Notes: generated by a model from the letters alone, not told the origin. Positions 40,557 through 55,714 are shown, numbered from the stretch's first letter. The stretch: 64,000 bases of DNA from Octopus vulgaris (GCA_951406725.2 OX597828.1:28768001-28832000), one strand, 5' to 3'. Program-made: numbers and translations.

Positions 40557-40733
40557 AGAAAGAGAGGCGCATGTATAGTTGCGTGGTTAAGGAGCTTGCT
40601 TTGGAAGCACGTGGTTTCAGGTTCAGTCCCAATGCGCGGTACTTTGTCTTCTATTATAGCCCAGTGACTATAAGTGACTTCGGAATAAAGAAGCTGTGTG
40701 GAAGCTCGTTGTCTTTCCTTCTTTTCCGCTCTA

Positions 40734-40818
<85 letters not shown>

Positions 40819-40851
40819 CTTTATTTTAAAGCAGCAGAAATTTAACAAAAG

Positions 40852-40889
40852 CTGTTACTCGGAGTTTCATGTTCCCGTTCGTCGGATAG
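40852..40889 (-). ncRNA. Degenerate minimal hammerhead motif
   Basis: Minus strand CUAU-CCGACGA-ACGGGAACAU-GAAA-CUC C GAG-UA-ACAG. The core has U4C, helices I and II each have one mismatch, and helix III could close only in a dimer. Confidence 0.5.
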
Positions 40890-42255
40890 TTTTGTATGTA
40901 TGTATGTATGTGTGTGTGTCTAAGTGTTCCCACACCATTTAACGACCCTTGTTCGTTTGTTTACGTCCCCATTATTTGGCAGCTTAAGTAGCAGACTGAA
41001 AAAAACAATAGAACTGGGTTCCATTTGTTTGATTAAACCCTTCAAGGCAGTGCTCCAGCGTGGCCGCAGTGCAATGACTGAAAGAAGCAAAAAGAAAACA
41101 TTACAATAGCTACTTCAGAGAGGACCCAGTGATAAAAGTACAGGGACAGACAGACAGACAGAGGGACATCAGTTAACTAGACACGTGGCTTCCATAAAGA
41201 AACCGAATAAAACCACGGAGCGGTGATTGATCAATCCCTAACCTGACGTATCTTCTGGTTTTCTGGTCAGATTCTTGGTTCTTTGCTATTGAGGAATACA
41301 TACACATAACTATCAGAGAAAAAAAAAAAAAACTTCCAAAAGAGGTGAAACAAAGTAAAGCTTTTATGAACGAGGAAGATATTTGTCGACAACTAACAAG
41401 TTATCAAGGCAGAAAATACGAAATGTCCTACACGAAATCTTATGAGTCAGTAGTAATGTATTTAGAAATTCTCCAAGACATAAATCTTGCTATTTTGAAG
41501 GCATAATTCGCGTGAAAATTATAGGTTCCATCGTGAAATCTATTACTAACTAAATCTGATCTTTCTATGATATATGCAATTACGAGGCAAATCTCACACT
41601 ACATACCACAGTTTTGCTTCTTCTTCTTCGTTTTCTTCTCCATCCTCCTACTCTCCTCCTCATTGTTTATCAACATTAAGCCGGACCATTTTTAGAGAGA
41701 TAAAACTATGCGTGTGTGTGTGTGTGTGTGTGTTTGTATGCGCGCGCATACATATATACATGGATATATTTTCATAGTATATATGGACATATAGCAATAC
41801 ACACACGCATATATAAATATATATATATATATGTGTGTGTGTCTGTGTGTATATATGTAAGTGAATATTATGCATACATGTATATATGTAACTAACAACT
41901 TTATATATAATATATAAAGTCGATTTCTATATAAGACGAGACAGACAGATGGGCGATAAAAAAGACAGTAGTACAGAACAGTTTGACAACCATGACAGTT
42001 ATGTCAACTAAATATACTAGCGGTACGGTAATATACATAGATAAAGCGGAGCAGGAGGGGGACGAGGTGTAATAAGAATTATGGGAAATAAATAAAACAG
42101 TTTAAACGCCAAAGAGCAAAAGATATAATCTTTAAGGTAATAAAGTAATCTCAAAGAATTTGATCAGTATTTGAAGTGTTGAGATCAAATGAAGATAGAT
42201 AGAACAGAATTGACAAGACGAATGGGATTAATTGTCTCAGACTTTATTCTGAGAA

Positions 42256-42293
<38 letters not shown>

Positions 42294-43370
42294 GAGAACG
42301 AAAGCAAGGAAGAATTAGATATCAAGTTATCAATAATAATAATAATAATAATAATAATGATAATAGAAATAATAATATAAAATGATAGTGTTTTCTATAA
42401 GCGCTCTATTTGGTTTTAAATGTGTCGGATTATGGTTGTGGCTTGCTAAAATATTGTCAGTGTCCCAAAGAAACAGTCTTGATTTTGCTTATCTTTTTAC
42501 AAGCCAATGGAGATACTTCTGCGTGGTCTCTCGACATGCTTTACATAGCCGTCAAATCTCTCTCAAGTGATTGCCTACTACTTTTTAAGAAGACATTTCA
42601 TAATGTAGTCGTAGGAACACTATTAACGAAAAACAAAACGGTTTGGTCATATATGGAGTAGTTTTGATCATGTCTATTCAATAATTGCTGGATGATCGAC
42701 TTAGCAATAAAATAATAATTATGTTGTTGTCACATTTTTTTAAGGTGGGACATAGCGAAGAATATAAGATGTTTGTGATCCCCTGAATAGTCGTTCTTTT
42801 TCAATTCGTCATTTGTTCTATATTTAAAAGTTTGTATTAAACACGACGGCTCCACGAAAAGAAACAGAAAAAGAAACAGAATAACTCTGGAAAATGAGAT
42901 TAATGTTGTGGCCGATTCTGTAATCATGCAAGCACGAGAGAGTAACGGTTCAAGGAAAATAATAAAGTAGCAGAAAATAACAAATAATCCCTCGTGTTAG
43001 AGATTTATTTACATCGACAGCTTGAGCGGTTGTACATCTATGAAAGAAAGAGTCAGGAACAAGGAGTGCAGGTGTACCAGACCTTCCCCCCGGTCGTTCG
43101 AACTAGCGTCTAATGCAGCGTGGCTGCATTCGGTTCTCTTTTGTCGGCCAATATCCAGCAATGACTCCAGATTTTACGAAAAGCAATAAGAAATCGTAAT
43201 TTTCGTTTCCTATCGATGGAAACGGATATGAATAGAAATTTGAACAAAGTGGCGGGTTTTCTAGACTTCACTCGATCGAATCTTCCCTTCACTCTTATCG
43301 TCTTTACTGCGTTTACATATAAAGGTAATTAACCACACGAAGAAGAATGACCTAAAAATAAAAATATATA

Positions 43371-43600
43371 TTTCTTTACTTCCCACAAAGGGCTAAACAC
43401 AGAGAGGACAAACAAGAACAGACAAACGGATTAAGTCGATTACATCGACCCCAGTGCGTAACTGGTACTTAATTTATCGACCCCGAAAGGATGAATGGCA
43501 AAGTCGACCTCGGCGGAATTTGAACCCAGAACGTAACGGCAGACGAAATACGGCTACGCATTTCGCCCGGCGTGCTAACGATTCTGCCAGCTCGCCGCCT
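43371..43600 (-). mobile_element. SINE family B
   Basis: Near-identical to 3183-3413. Confidence 0.88.
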
Positions 43601-43981
43601 AAAAATAAAAATATAATAAACAATACACTTAGTGTGACAAGTATGGTTCGAAGCTTCCCGACCACAGGGTAACGGGTTCAATTCAGACGCGTGGCACCTT
43701 GAGAAAGCGTTTTCTACTATAGAATCGTATTTACGAGTTGAAAGAAAGGAGAGAAAGACATAAAGAGAGAAAGAAAGAGAGAGAGGGAGAGAGAAAGAAA
43801 GAGAGAGAGGGAGAGAGAAAGAAAGAGAGAAGGAAAGAGAAAGAGAAAAAAGAGATAGATAGAGAGAGCTTACACGTATGCTGCAGTACATGCCACATCT
43901 ATTTAAAGTTAAGAGGATAATGCTCAGAAAATAATATGGACGGTTGAAAGATGAAGTCTGAAATGAATTAATAAAATTGTA

Positions 43982-44028
<47 letters not shown>

Positions 44029-44216
44029 TACACACAAACATTCATACATAAATATACGCACGTATGAATACACACACGTGGTTACTTGCTGAGAGAGAGA
44101 AAGAGAGATATCTAAATACTAGTCTGCGTTTATAGAGTTACATAAACGTACAAATATATATATGTATGTATATGGAAGTGTGTCAATGTTTATGTTTATA
44201 TATAAGCGTGTGTGTA

Positions 44217-44322
<106 letters not shown>

Positions 44323-44410
44323 TTCACATTTACAGGAAACAAAAGACGAAGACAGGTGTAGGAACAACAAGTGGGTGTATTAGCTTAACGCTCGGGAAGA
44401 GTGGAAAAGT

Positions 44411-44446
44411 CTTTTACGTTTCGAGCCTACGCTCTTCACCAGAAAG
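44411..44446 (-). ncRNA. Degenerate minimal hammerhead motif (GAAACGUA type)
   Basis: Minus strand CUUU-CUGGUGA-A-GAGC GUAG GCUC-GAAACGUA-AAAG. Helices I and II are perfect, the core has A6G, and helix III is loopless and palindromic. Confidence 0.5.
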
Positions 44447-44686
44447 GATTTAGAGGGACAAAACGAAGAGAGAATGGACAGAAAAAGAAACGGAGGGAAA
44501 ATGTGCAGAGTTCAGCAGTCCAACATGACGAGATGACCGGAAAAAAGAGGCTGAATGGAAGGGAGATAATACATACATACTAGAGGAAAAAGGACATCAA
44601 AAACCGAAGCAGGACGAGTATCTCAAGTCATTGATAATATTTCCTTAGAATAAGGTGAATTTGAAGTAATTAATTCATTATCGTAT

Positions 44687-44762
44687 CTCTTACAACTGTT
44701 TCTGGGATATCCCAAGTGATAGGTTAGCATCTCCATGCACTGAGTATTCCGTCATCAAAGAC
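44687..44762 (-). ncRNA. Degenerate minimal hammerhead motif with long helix II
   Basis: Minus strand UCU-UUGAUGA-(CGGAAUACUCAGUG...CACUUGGGAUAUCCCA)-GAAAC AGUU GUA-AGA. The core has C3U. Confidence 0.5.
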
Positions 44763-45139
44763 TAGGTGAGTATGTATGAAAGTTCTAGACGGCGAGTTCA
44801 CAGGTTATAAAGGAATAATATAGTTGAGAGAAGAGTATAGAGTAAAATGGTAGATAAGAGGATACAGACAGGAGAATAAAGTTCACAGCTCATCTTCTTC
44901 TGGAGGGTATGGACGTTGGTCCGTACTTTCGTGAAGGTATAGGTCCTTAAGTATAATCCCAGGTTAACCCAGGCAGTATTTTGGCAGTATTTTGAATGTT
45001 GCGTTCATGTTGAAGGAATAGACTAAGTGGACCATTGGACTCTCTGGAAGAAGAGGAGCTTTGAACTTTATTCTTCTGTCTGTATTAATTACTTCAAATG
45101 CACCTTACTCTAATGACTTGATATCGTCTTAATAAAAGA

Positions 45140-45975
45140 AACAGCATGGAAGGAAAAAATGCACGGACAGTTTGAAAGAGATACGAACGCCAAAACAGAT
45201 ATAGAAAACTGGCGGCTATGGACAAAGAGGAGTGACCTGAAGATTGAGACAGAAGCACTTACATGCGCAGCTTAAGAACAAGTGTTATGGACCAATTATG
45301 TGAAGTGCAGAATAGACAACACCACCACTGCGACAAATGTACAATGTGTGGTGAGAGGGGCACATCCTTAGCGAATGCTCGAAATTGGCACAATGCGTTA
45401 CAAGAGAGGACTTGGCAATGTGGCAAGAATGACCCTTTGGGAGCTCTGTGGAAATCACAGCCAACAAAGATCAAAGACGTGGTATGGGAAACCCCCCAGA
45501 AAGAGTAATCGAGAATGAGAATTGAAAAATCCTATAGGCTACAATGATCCAGTGCGACCTCCTGACCAGACATCCGAAACCGGACATTGTTGTTGGGAAT
45601 ATCAATGAAAGAACATGCATGATAATCGGCATAACATGTCCCGGACACAAAAAAATAAAAGAGAAAGAAGAAAAAAAAGGGACTACGGCGATTTGAAGTG
45701 GGAAATATGAAGGTTGTGGTCAATGAGGAGAGTAGGCGTGATAGCAATAAAAACTGGTGCTCTTGGAAGTATCAGCACTCAGCTACCAACGGGGCTGAAA
45801 AAGATTGGTGCAAGTGTGAAGGTAGAACACCTTCAAAAGTCAGCATTGCTTGGAACTGTAAGAATTCTTCGCAAGGTTCTTGAAGCATGACCAGTAAACA
45901 AGTGTCACCTTAGTCTGCTGGCTGTGGACAGCTGACACTGTCCATCATAACCAGCAGAATAAGCTGTGAATTTTC
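45140..45975 (+). mobile_element. R4/Dong-type LINE 3' fragment
   Basis: Reads MHGQFERD...WTKRSDLKIETEALTCAA*EQVLWTNYVKCRID...CDKCTMCGERG (CCHC region), KPDIV (RLE PD motif) and VKVEHLQKSALLGTVRILRKVLEA*, followed by a short 3' UTR. Confidence 0.88.
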
Positions 45976-46484
45976 ATCACATTCTTTCTAATATAGGGAT
46001 CAAGCCTGAAATTTGTGGGAAGCGTGTCAGCCGATTACTTCGACCCTAGAATGCAACTGGTACTTATTTTATTGACTCCAAAAGGATGAAAGGCAAAGTA
46101 CTGTCTGTTCATTTACACCCACCCCCTTCCATGCTGTTTCTTTTAAGACGATACCAAGTCATTTAAAATATTTCTTTTGAGTAAGGTGAATTTGAACTCA
46201 GAGCGTAAAGACGGACGAAATGCCGTTAAGCATTTTGTCCGGCATGCTGACGATTTTGCCGGTCTTTCCTACTCTAGGCACAGGGCCTGATATTTTGAGG
46301 GTGGGAGGTTGTTGATTATCTCGATTTCAGTGCTCAACTGATATTTTACCGATCACCAAATGATGGAAAGCAAAGTCAACATCGGAAGAATTTGAACTCA
46401 GAGCGTGGAGAGCCGGAAGAAATGCTGCGAAGCATTGTGCCCTTCACGCTTATAATCCTGCCGAATTACTGCACGTATATATCT

Positions 46485-46769
46485 TTTACTTGCTTCACTC
46501 ATTTGACTGTGGCCATGCTGGAGCACCACCTTTTTAGTCGAGCAAATCGACCCCAGGACTTATTCTTTGTAAGCCCAGTACTTATACTATCGGTCTCTTT
46601 TGCCGAACAGCTATGTTACGGGGACGTTAACACACCAGCATCGGTTGTCAAGCGATGTTGGGGGAACAAACACAGACACACAAACATATACACATACACA
46701 TACATACATACACTTGCCCAAGGTGCCACGCAGTGGGACTGAACCCGGAACCACACAGCCACTCCTACG

Positions 46770-46772
<3 letters not shown>
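46485..46772 (-). mobile_element. SINE family A with internal deletions
   Basis: Colinear with 11611-12029 but missing two blocks. Confidence 0.85.
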
Positions 46773-46812
<40 letters not shown>

Positions 46813-47369
46813 GTATATACATATACAAACACACTCACAGAAAGGTGTATATATGGTGAGAAAATTCCTTTGACATCCATTTAATGATTATTGACCACAT
46901 AGAAACTGGTGATTGGAAAACAACAACAACAAGAAGAAGAACAATGATAAAAGAAATTAACTAATTAGGAGAGTGTTCACAATTTATGTCCAGGTGACAC
47001 CTCCCTCTTGTTAACATATCTTTGTTGGTGTCATTGGCGCGTGTAGACCACGTATCCACACTCGACAACCAAAGCAAAGCCGTGGATGTTAGAGGCGAAG
47101 ATGAAATATTTTCAGTTCTCTGTTCAAGGAAATTGCATGTGGTCGTGCACTTGACTCCCGCTGACATCCAATCTTCTCGATTAACGATAATTGTTCGAAG
47201 TTCGATCTTATTTCGTCATTACAATGGTGTAATCGTACTTTTAGAGTCTCCTTTAATCAGAGTTATGGAAGCAAACAATTGACTCATTTATAATTTATAA
47301 TAATAACAACGTTCTATTTATCGCTACATTTAATTGCACAGCAATATATTAATTTGGTGACATACACCA

Positions 47370-48190
<821 letters not shown>

Positions 48191-48300
48191 TTAATTAAAA
48201 TCTTAGGGTAGCAAGAATATTTATCGAAAAAATTCTAAGTTACCAGTGGTCTAGCGAGAAGGAAAAAATAAGTCAATAGACTATATATTATTTAGAGAAG

Positions 48301-48534
48301 AATACAGTGTACATTTAAACACAAAAGAGATACCCAAAGGATAGGATATCTGACTCACTAGAAAGAGCAGTTAAACTCCAAGCCACTAATTGTTGTAATT
48401 CCGAAAGAAGTTTTTATTTTTCAATCACTTTCGGAATTACAACAATTAGTGGCTTGGAGTTTAACTGCTCTTTCTATTGAGTCAGATATCCTATCCTTTG
48501 GGTATCTCATTTGTGTTTAAATGTACACTGTATT
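48301..48534. repeat. Near-perfect palindrome (~107-bp arms, ~20-nt loop)
   Basis: AATACAGTGTACATTTAAACAC...GTTGTAATTCCGAAAG pairs with CTTTCGGAATTACAAC...GTGTTTAAATGTACACTGTATT, about 2 mismatches. Confidence 0.95.
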
Positions 48535-48635
48535 TTTCTTTGAATTATTTATATATATATATATTTATCTTGGGAGCGATTTGCTCGACTAAAGTTGGTG
48601 CTCCAGCATGGCCGCATTAAAAATGACAAACAAAT

Positions 48636-49040
48636 AGGCGCATGTGGTTGCTAACCAACCACATGGTTCTGGGTTCAGTCCCACTGCGTGGCATCTTGGG
48701 CAAGTGTCTTCTACTATGGCCCCGGGCCGACCAATGCCTTGTGAGTGGATTTGGTAGACGGAAACTGAAAGAAGCCTATCGTATATATGTATATATATAT
48801 ATGTGTGTATGTGTGTGTGTTTGTGTTTGTCCCCCTAGCATTGCTTGACAACCGATGCTGGTGTATTTACGTCCCCGTCACTTAGCGGTTCGGCAAAAGA
48901 GACCGATAGAATATGTACTGGGCTTACAAAGAATAAGTCCCGGGGTCGATTTGATCGACTAAAGGCGGTGCTCCAGCATGGCCGCAGTCAAATGACTGAA
49001 ACAAGTAAAAGAGTAAAAGAGTAAATAAAAGAGTAAAAGA
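48636..49040 (+). mobile_element. SINE family A
   Basis: Colinear with 2211-2628, with a (AAAGAGT)n tail. Confidence 0.9.
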
Positions 49041-49206
49041 ATATATATATATATATTACTAAAGTAGGCAAATAAATGGGAAACAAGGTGGGGAAAAATA
49101 GTACTCCAATACCGGAGGTAGAGTAATATGCTTTAGTAATAAAGGCTGTAAAAACAATAAGAAAATTATCACAAAAAGGCCGATATTCTGGTGATGTTTT
49201 GCAGCT

Positions 49207-49257
<51 letters not shown>

Positions 49258-49416
49258 TTAATAATATATATATATATATTATATTAAATTAGAGATAAAA
49301 CCACTATTAGGCAAATCAAACAATGAAAAACATAAGCCAATACATAAAAATAATTAATTTATATTATTTTAAATATATATCAAAAGTATTAAAAGTTTCA
49401 TAAAAGATAATGAGTA

Positions 49417-49491
49417 AAACACTACGATCGTTTCATGGCTGTCCAATTCGTAATAATTCGAGTTATGGTTACAGTCAATCTTCAGGTAATT
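49417..49491 (-). ncRNA. Minimal type I hammerhead motif with palindromic helix III
   Basis: Minus strand AAUUAC-CUGAAGA-U UGACUGU...ACAGCCA U-GAAAC GAUC GUA-GUGUUU. Intact core. The ACGAUCGU palindrome is typical of dimer-acting Penelope hammerheads. Confidence 0.72.
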
Positions 49492-49539
49492 GAAATATTT
49501 ATCTTAGCGAGGTTTATGTCCTGTGCGGGGAAAATTTGC

Positions 49540-49890
49540 AGACCAACAGAGAAGAAATTAGAGGCTTTTGGGTTGTGGACGTTGAGGAAATTGGGCAAAA
49601 TATTCTGGAAAGATAGGATAACCAACGCTGGTGTACTAGAAAAGTTGAAAAAAAAAAAAAGAGTTAGGTCACGAAAACTATTATGTTTTGGATAGGTACT
49701 GCACTACGTGTTGTTGTTACTGAAAACCGGGAATTGTGGTGGGGAAGAGAACAAAAGGCCATCAAAGATATTTGTGGACAGATGACACGAGAGAATGGAG
49801 TGGAAAACAAGAGCCTGGCTAATTGTATGCATGGTAGCGCAGAGAGAACTGGAGAGTTTTTGACAGTCGAATCCCTGGACACACAAAAGG
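49540..49890 (+). mobile_element. RTE-clade LINE 3' fragment
   Basis: EKKLEAFGLWTLRKLGKIFWKDRITNAGVLEKL...RSRKLLCFG, then GHQRYLWTDDTREWSG, the RTE ORF C-terminal pattern. Confidence 0.8.
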
Positions 49891-49990
49891 TCACCTGGTC
49901 GATGGATGATAATATACCTGGGTGTGTATGTAGCTACGTATAAACATGTGAGAGTGTATGTGTATATGTCCGTAAGCTTACATGGCTCTC

Positions 49991-50061
<71 letters not shown>

Positions 50062-50749
50062 AGTTATCTTTGTACTTGTTTCGGGCATTGCACCGCGGCC
50101 ATGCTTGACGAGGTTTTAATCGAACGGATCGATACCAGTACATTCTTTTAAACGGTGTACTTATTCTATCTAACCCTTTTGCCAAACCACTAAATTACGG
50201 GGATGTAAATAAACAAACATCGCATGTCAAGCGGTGGTAGAAGACAGACACAGCCAACACACACACACACATATGATATAGATATATATAAAAGCAGCTT
50301 CTTTCTGTCTGAAATCCATTCACAAGGCTTTGGTTAGCCGGAGGCTATAGTACAAGACACTTGGTCTAGATTCCACACAGTGGGACTGAACCTAGAACCA
50401 TGTGGTTCAGAAGCAAACGGCTTACCACATAGCCACGCCTACACTTATATGTGAATGTTTCCTGTTATTTAGCAATCTTTCAGGCAACCCTACAACCAAA
50501 AGCTCTCAAAAACTCTCTTATCTCCTTTTTAATGGGTATTTAGAAGAAGAATTAACTCTATTTCCATTTTTTTTTAGGGTGTAAGTTTCTGATTTTAGGG
50601 TTATTTGCCTACCCTTTTTTGCAGGTCTAGCGAGTACGTAGAGTTGTCTTCAGGGCCAACGCATCGGTTTGCTATTTGAGTATGTGCTTGTGCGCATGTG
50701 TGTATGTCGCTATGGGGTTATATAAAAAAAATCCGTGTATTGAAAGCAC

Positions 50750-51995
<1,246 letters not shown>

Positions 51996-52526
51996 TGCAA
52001 ACACAAACACTTTTTTTTTTACCGTTTTCTATGTTTAACATCACCTAACCGTAACAATCCCGTCAAGTGTGCTGCGAGGCTACGAAACGAACAGGCGCTA
52101 ACTCGCATTGAGTTGGCGTTTATTAATTTGCCGAGGTTTGAAGATTCGTTTCATGCTTTGTAAACATTGATGTCTTAATGTTTTATTCTTCTGTGTTATT
52201 GTTGTTGTATTCATTGTGTTATTGCTGTTGTGATGGTGTTGGCTTTCTTGGTTTTTTGCGGTGTTGATGTTGGTGCTGTTATAGGTGCCAGAGTTAGTAA
52301 AGGAATGGTGCGCGGATTTGCCATTGCTGTTGTTTTGCTTTGACTGGTTCGCCGCTGTTAACATACATTGTATAGTTCTCAGTTGTGCATAAACAAGGTC
52401 GTTTGGCGGCTCAGAAAGGATATATATATATATATATATATATATAATTGATTGAGAAAATATTAATCCAAACTTACAGGGAAAAAAATTCAATTTAGAA
52501 TTACTAAATCAAATTTCACACAATAT

Positions 52527-52589
<63 letters not shown>

Positions 52590-52798
52590 TGTGTGTGTGT
52601 GTGTTATATTGTGTGAAATTTGATTTAGTGTTTTACTCATTATCTTTTATTAAATACTTTTAATACTTTTGATATATATTTAAAATAATATAAATTAATT
52701 AATTTTATGTATTGGCTTAAGTTTTTCATTGTTTGATTTGCCTAATAGTGGTTTTATCTCTAATTTAATATAATATATATATATATATATAATATTTA

Positions 52799-52842
<44 letters not shown>

Positions 52843-52846
<4 letters not shown>

Positions 52847-53198
52847 GTAGAAAAAAAACACCTTCTATCAATTCAAAATGATTAATTAAATTACACCATC
52901 TCGAAAATTACATATAATAGAAATATTAAAATTAAAATAACAATAAAATACCAATGATTAAGTAAATTGTAAAAAAAAATAATAAAAACGTATATAATTG
53001 GTATATATAAACGTCACGATCTCAGATCAAATCACTTGCTATGCGAGTATATCTCCGTAATACTATTTTTTTGCAATTTACTTAATCATTGGTATTTTAT
53101 TGTTTTTTAATTTTAATATTTCTATTATATGTAATTTTCTAGATGGTGAAAATTAATTGTTCATTTTGAATTGATAAAAGTTGTTTTTTTCTAATTTT
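52843..53198. repeat. Inverted repeat (~135-bp arms, ~85-bp spacer) of a dispersed AT-rich element
   Basis: 52848-52980 pairs with 53065-53193. A single arm of the same family lies at 26445-26545. Confidence 0.9.
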
Positions 53199-53546
53199 AT
53201 TTTATATATATATATATATGTGTGTGTACATACAAGTGCATATGTGTATGCATATATACACACACACATACATTCATATGCATATATATATATATGTATA
53301 TATATATTTATTTATTTGTGTGTGTACATACATGTGCATATGTGTATGCATATACATACACACATAAATTCATATGCATATATATATATATGAATATATA
53401 TATGCATGTTTGTGCACACATATTTATATACAAAAACGTGCACATACACATGTACACACACACATATATTGACACAAGCACACACACACGTGTGTCTGTA
53501 TTTAGTTGATTAATTGTACATTGCTGTTTTTTTTAATATTTTACAG

Positions 53547-53676
53547 GTAACGATGTCGACGACATCAAAAGTGGATGGTCTCCGAGTTATCAATGCAATC
53601 GTCAGATATCTGCCGTCGCTCACCGCCGGATGCGGTTTCAATCTCCACTCCAGTATTCATTTGAATATGCAAGAAG
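53547..53676 (+). other. Candidate exon of an unidentified host transcript
   Basis: Unique, CpG-rich 130 nt after the acceptor TTTTTTTTAATATTTTACAG. Two frames are open (VTMSTTSKVDGLRVINAIVRYL... and NDVDDIKSGWSPSYQCNRQ...). Weak donors at 53677 (GTGAAG) and 53690 (GTAAAT). No recognisable homology. Confidence 0.3.
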
Positions 53677-53714
53677 GTGAAGAGAAACGGTAAATTTAGG
53701 GACTTAATGTTAAT

Positions 53715-53915
53715 CAGATCTATCTACTGCCCAAATTCAAGCCCTCCACCGTTGGTTCAATTCAGCATTTTAATTCTACATTTATTAATATGCATTTTGT
53801 ATTGGGATTTGTTTAACCGACTGTACATCTCCTTCGTAACTATGCAACAGTTAAGTTGTGGTGCACCTGAGCACTGTATACAATACTTTCATTATATTAT
53901 ATTATATTATATTAT
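53715..53915 (+). mobile_element. CR1-type LINE extreme 3' end
   Basis: AGTTGTGGTGCACCTGAGCACTGTATACAAT plus a TAT tail matches the 3' terminus of 15158-15717. Confidence 0.7.
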
Positions 53916-54508
53916 AGGTTGTAATCACCAAATGTAACGGTATCATTGTAACTGGTAGACTGTGACAGATCAAGATGTAGAAAATCAGAGAAGAGGTTGA
54001 CTATTTTGTAGGTAATCATTTTCCAGATGCACAGAAGCAAAATTAAAGCAAGAAATATTTCATATTTATTATAGAATTTATTCAACTGTGACGAAGTTTT
54101 ACACAGCTGATATGAGTTCCAGATAAGTAATAGTTTAGCAACGACAACAATCTGTTCACTTTTCTCGTAAATTTGTGCCCTTCAACAAGTGTTATATTGT
54201 ATTATGTTAATCGCTGGTAGACACTCTGTATTCTGTTATGCAACTATTTTATACCACCAAGTATGTTAAAGGATTACACAAAGTAACAATTTTCAAAAAA
54301 AATTTGTTTATTGTATTTTTTTATGGTTTATCAACCCATTTTTTCTGCCGATTCCAAAAATGAAATTATTCTTTGTTTATCATCAACAGTTAAGAAAATA
54401 TGTCGACTTTGAATATTATTATGTATTCGGTATTGTTATAATGTTCCGCTACTAAATGTATGTCTAATTTCTCTTTCAGACCGATTACTAAGTTCTGATA
54501 CTTTCAGG

Positions 54509-55630
54509 ATGGCTACTAAAGTATGTAAAAATTCTCCAGATACATTTTGTTATGTGTGTGGTTATTATATTGGAAAAAAAAGCAGGTATTACATAAGATC
54601 GTGAAAGATGCCAAATTGTGGATAGCGTACAAACTATTTCAGAATGCCCATGGGTGACTAGGACAAGCCATGGGCCCCACATGTGATATGTGGAAAGTGT
54701 CGATCTACTCTAGATGGATGGTTAAGAGGTACAGGAAGGTCAATGCCTTTTGCCATTCCAAGGGTATGGAGAGATCCAAAGAACCATCACGATGACTGTT
54801 ACTTTTGTATGATCGATGTAACAAAGTACAGAAAAGTGAAAGGAAGACAAGCTCTTCAGTATCCAGACATACCATCATCTAGAGTACCTGTCCCACATGA
54901 TGACAGTTTATGAGTATCACTACCACCAGAAAATATTTCATCTGCAGACCAAGAAATGGAGGAAGCTTTCGTACCAAGAACGACTTCGGAGCCTCACTTT
55001 CCAAATCAGAGTGAGCTAGATGATTAAATCAGGGATCTGGGTCTTACTAAGTCAGGAGCTGAACTTCCTTCATCAAGGTTGAAGGAATGGAATCTACTGG
55101 GGGAAGGCCGAAAGACATCTCTGTACTGGAAACGCCATGAAGAATTTGAAATTTACTATGAAAATATTAATGATCTGTGTTATTGTAAAGATGTGATTGG
55201 TTTGTTCACTGCTATTGAACTCAAGCATGATTCTGCAGAATGACGACTGTTCATAGATAGCTCAACACAAAGTCTCAAAGCAGTGTTGCTCCACAATCGA
55301 AATAAATATCATTCTTTGCCTCTTGCACACTCCAATGTCAAAGAACTTCTCGACAAAATAAATTACGCTGAGTTCAAGTGGGATGTTTGTGGTGATTTCA
55401 AGATGCTTGCCTTCTTGCTTGGCTTGCAAGGGGGATACACAAAGTATTCATGTTTCCTTTGCTTATGGGACAGCAGAGAGTACATTGGCCCCCCCGAGTG
55501 GAACTGCAGCCAGGACTGTTAAATGTTCTCAAACAGCCACTAGTAGATTCCAACAAAATCTTATTACCCCCACTTCATATCAAACTCGGATTAGTAAAAC
55601 AGTTTGTGAAGGCCTTAGGTTTTAAAGGTA
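54509..55630 (+). mobile_element. Chapaev3-like (CMC superfamily) transposase pseudogene, 3'-truncated
   Basis: MATKVCKNSPDTFCYVCG, GD*DKPWAPHVICGKC, MPFAIPRVWRDPKNHHDDCYFC, *RLFIDSSTQSLKAVLLHN, WDVCGDFKMLAFLLGLQGGYTKYSCFLCLWDSR and LPPLHIKLGLVKQFVKAL. Stops and frameshifts throughout. Family assigned from remembered motifs. Confidence 0.8.
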
Positions 55631-55714
55631 CTATGATTTTAATGGTACTATACAGAATTATCTATGACTTAAAATTTTTAGATCTATAGTAATGAGTAAA
55701 GAAATAATAATCCT

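Noticed and set aside
42050-42700. Two very old RLE-LINE C-terminal remnants
   Set aside because: Only a faint resemblance to the QK-x-x-LLGTA-x-ILRK motif, too degraded to support a call.
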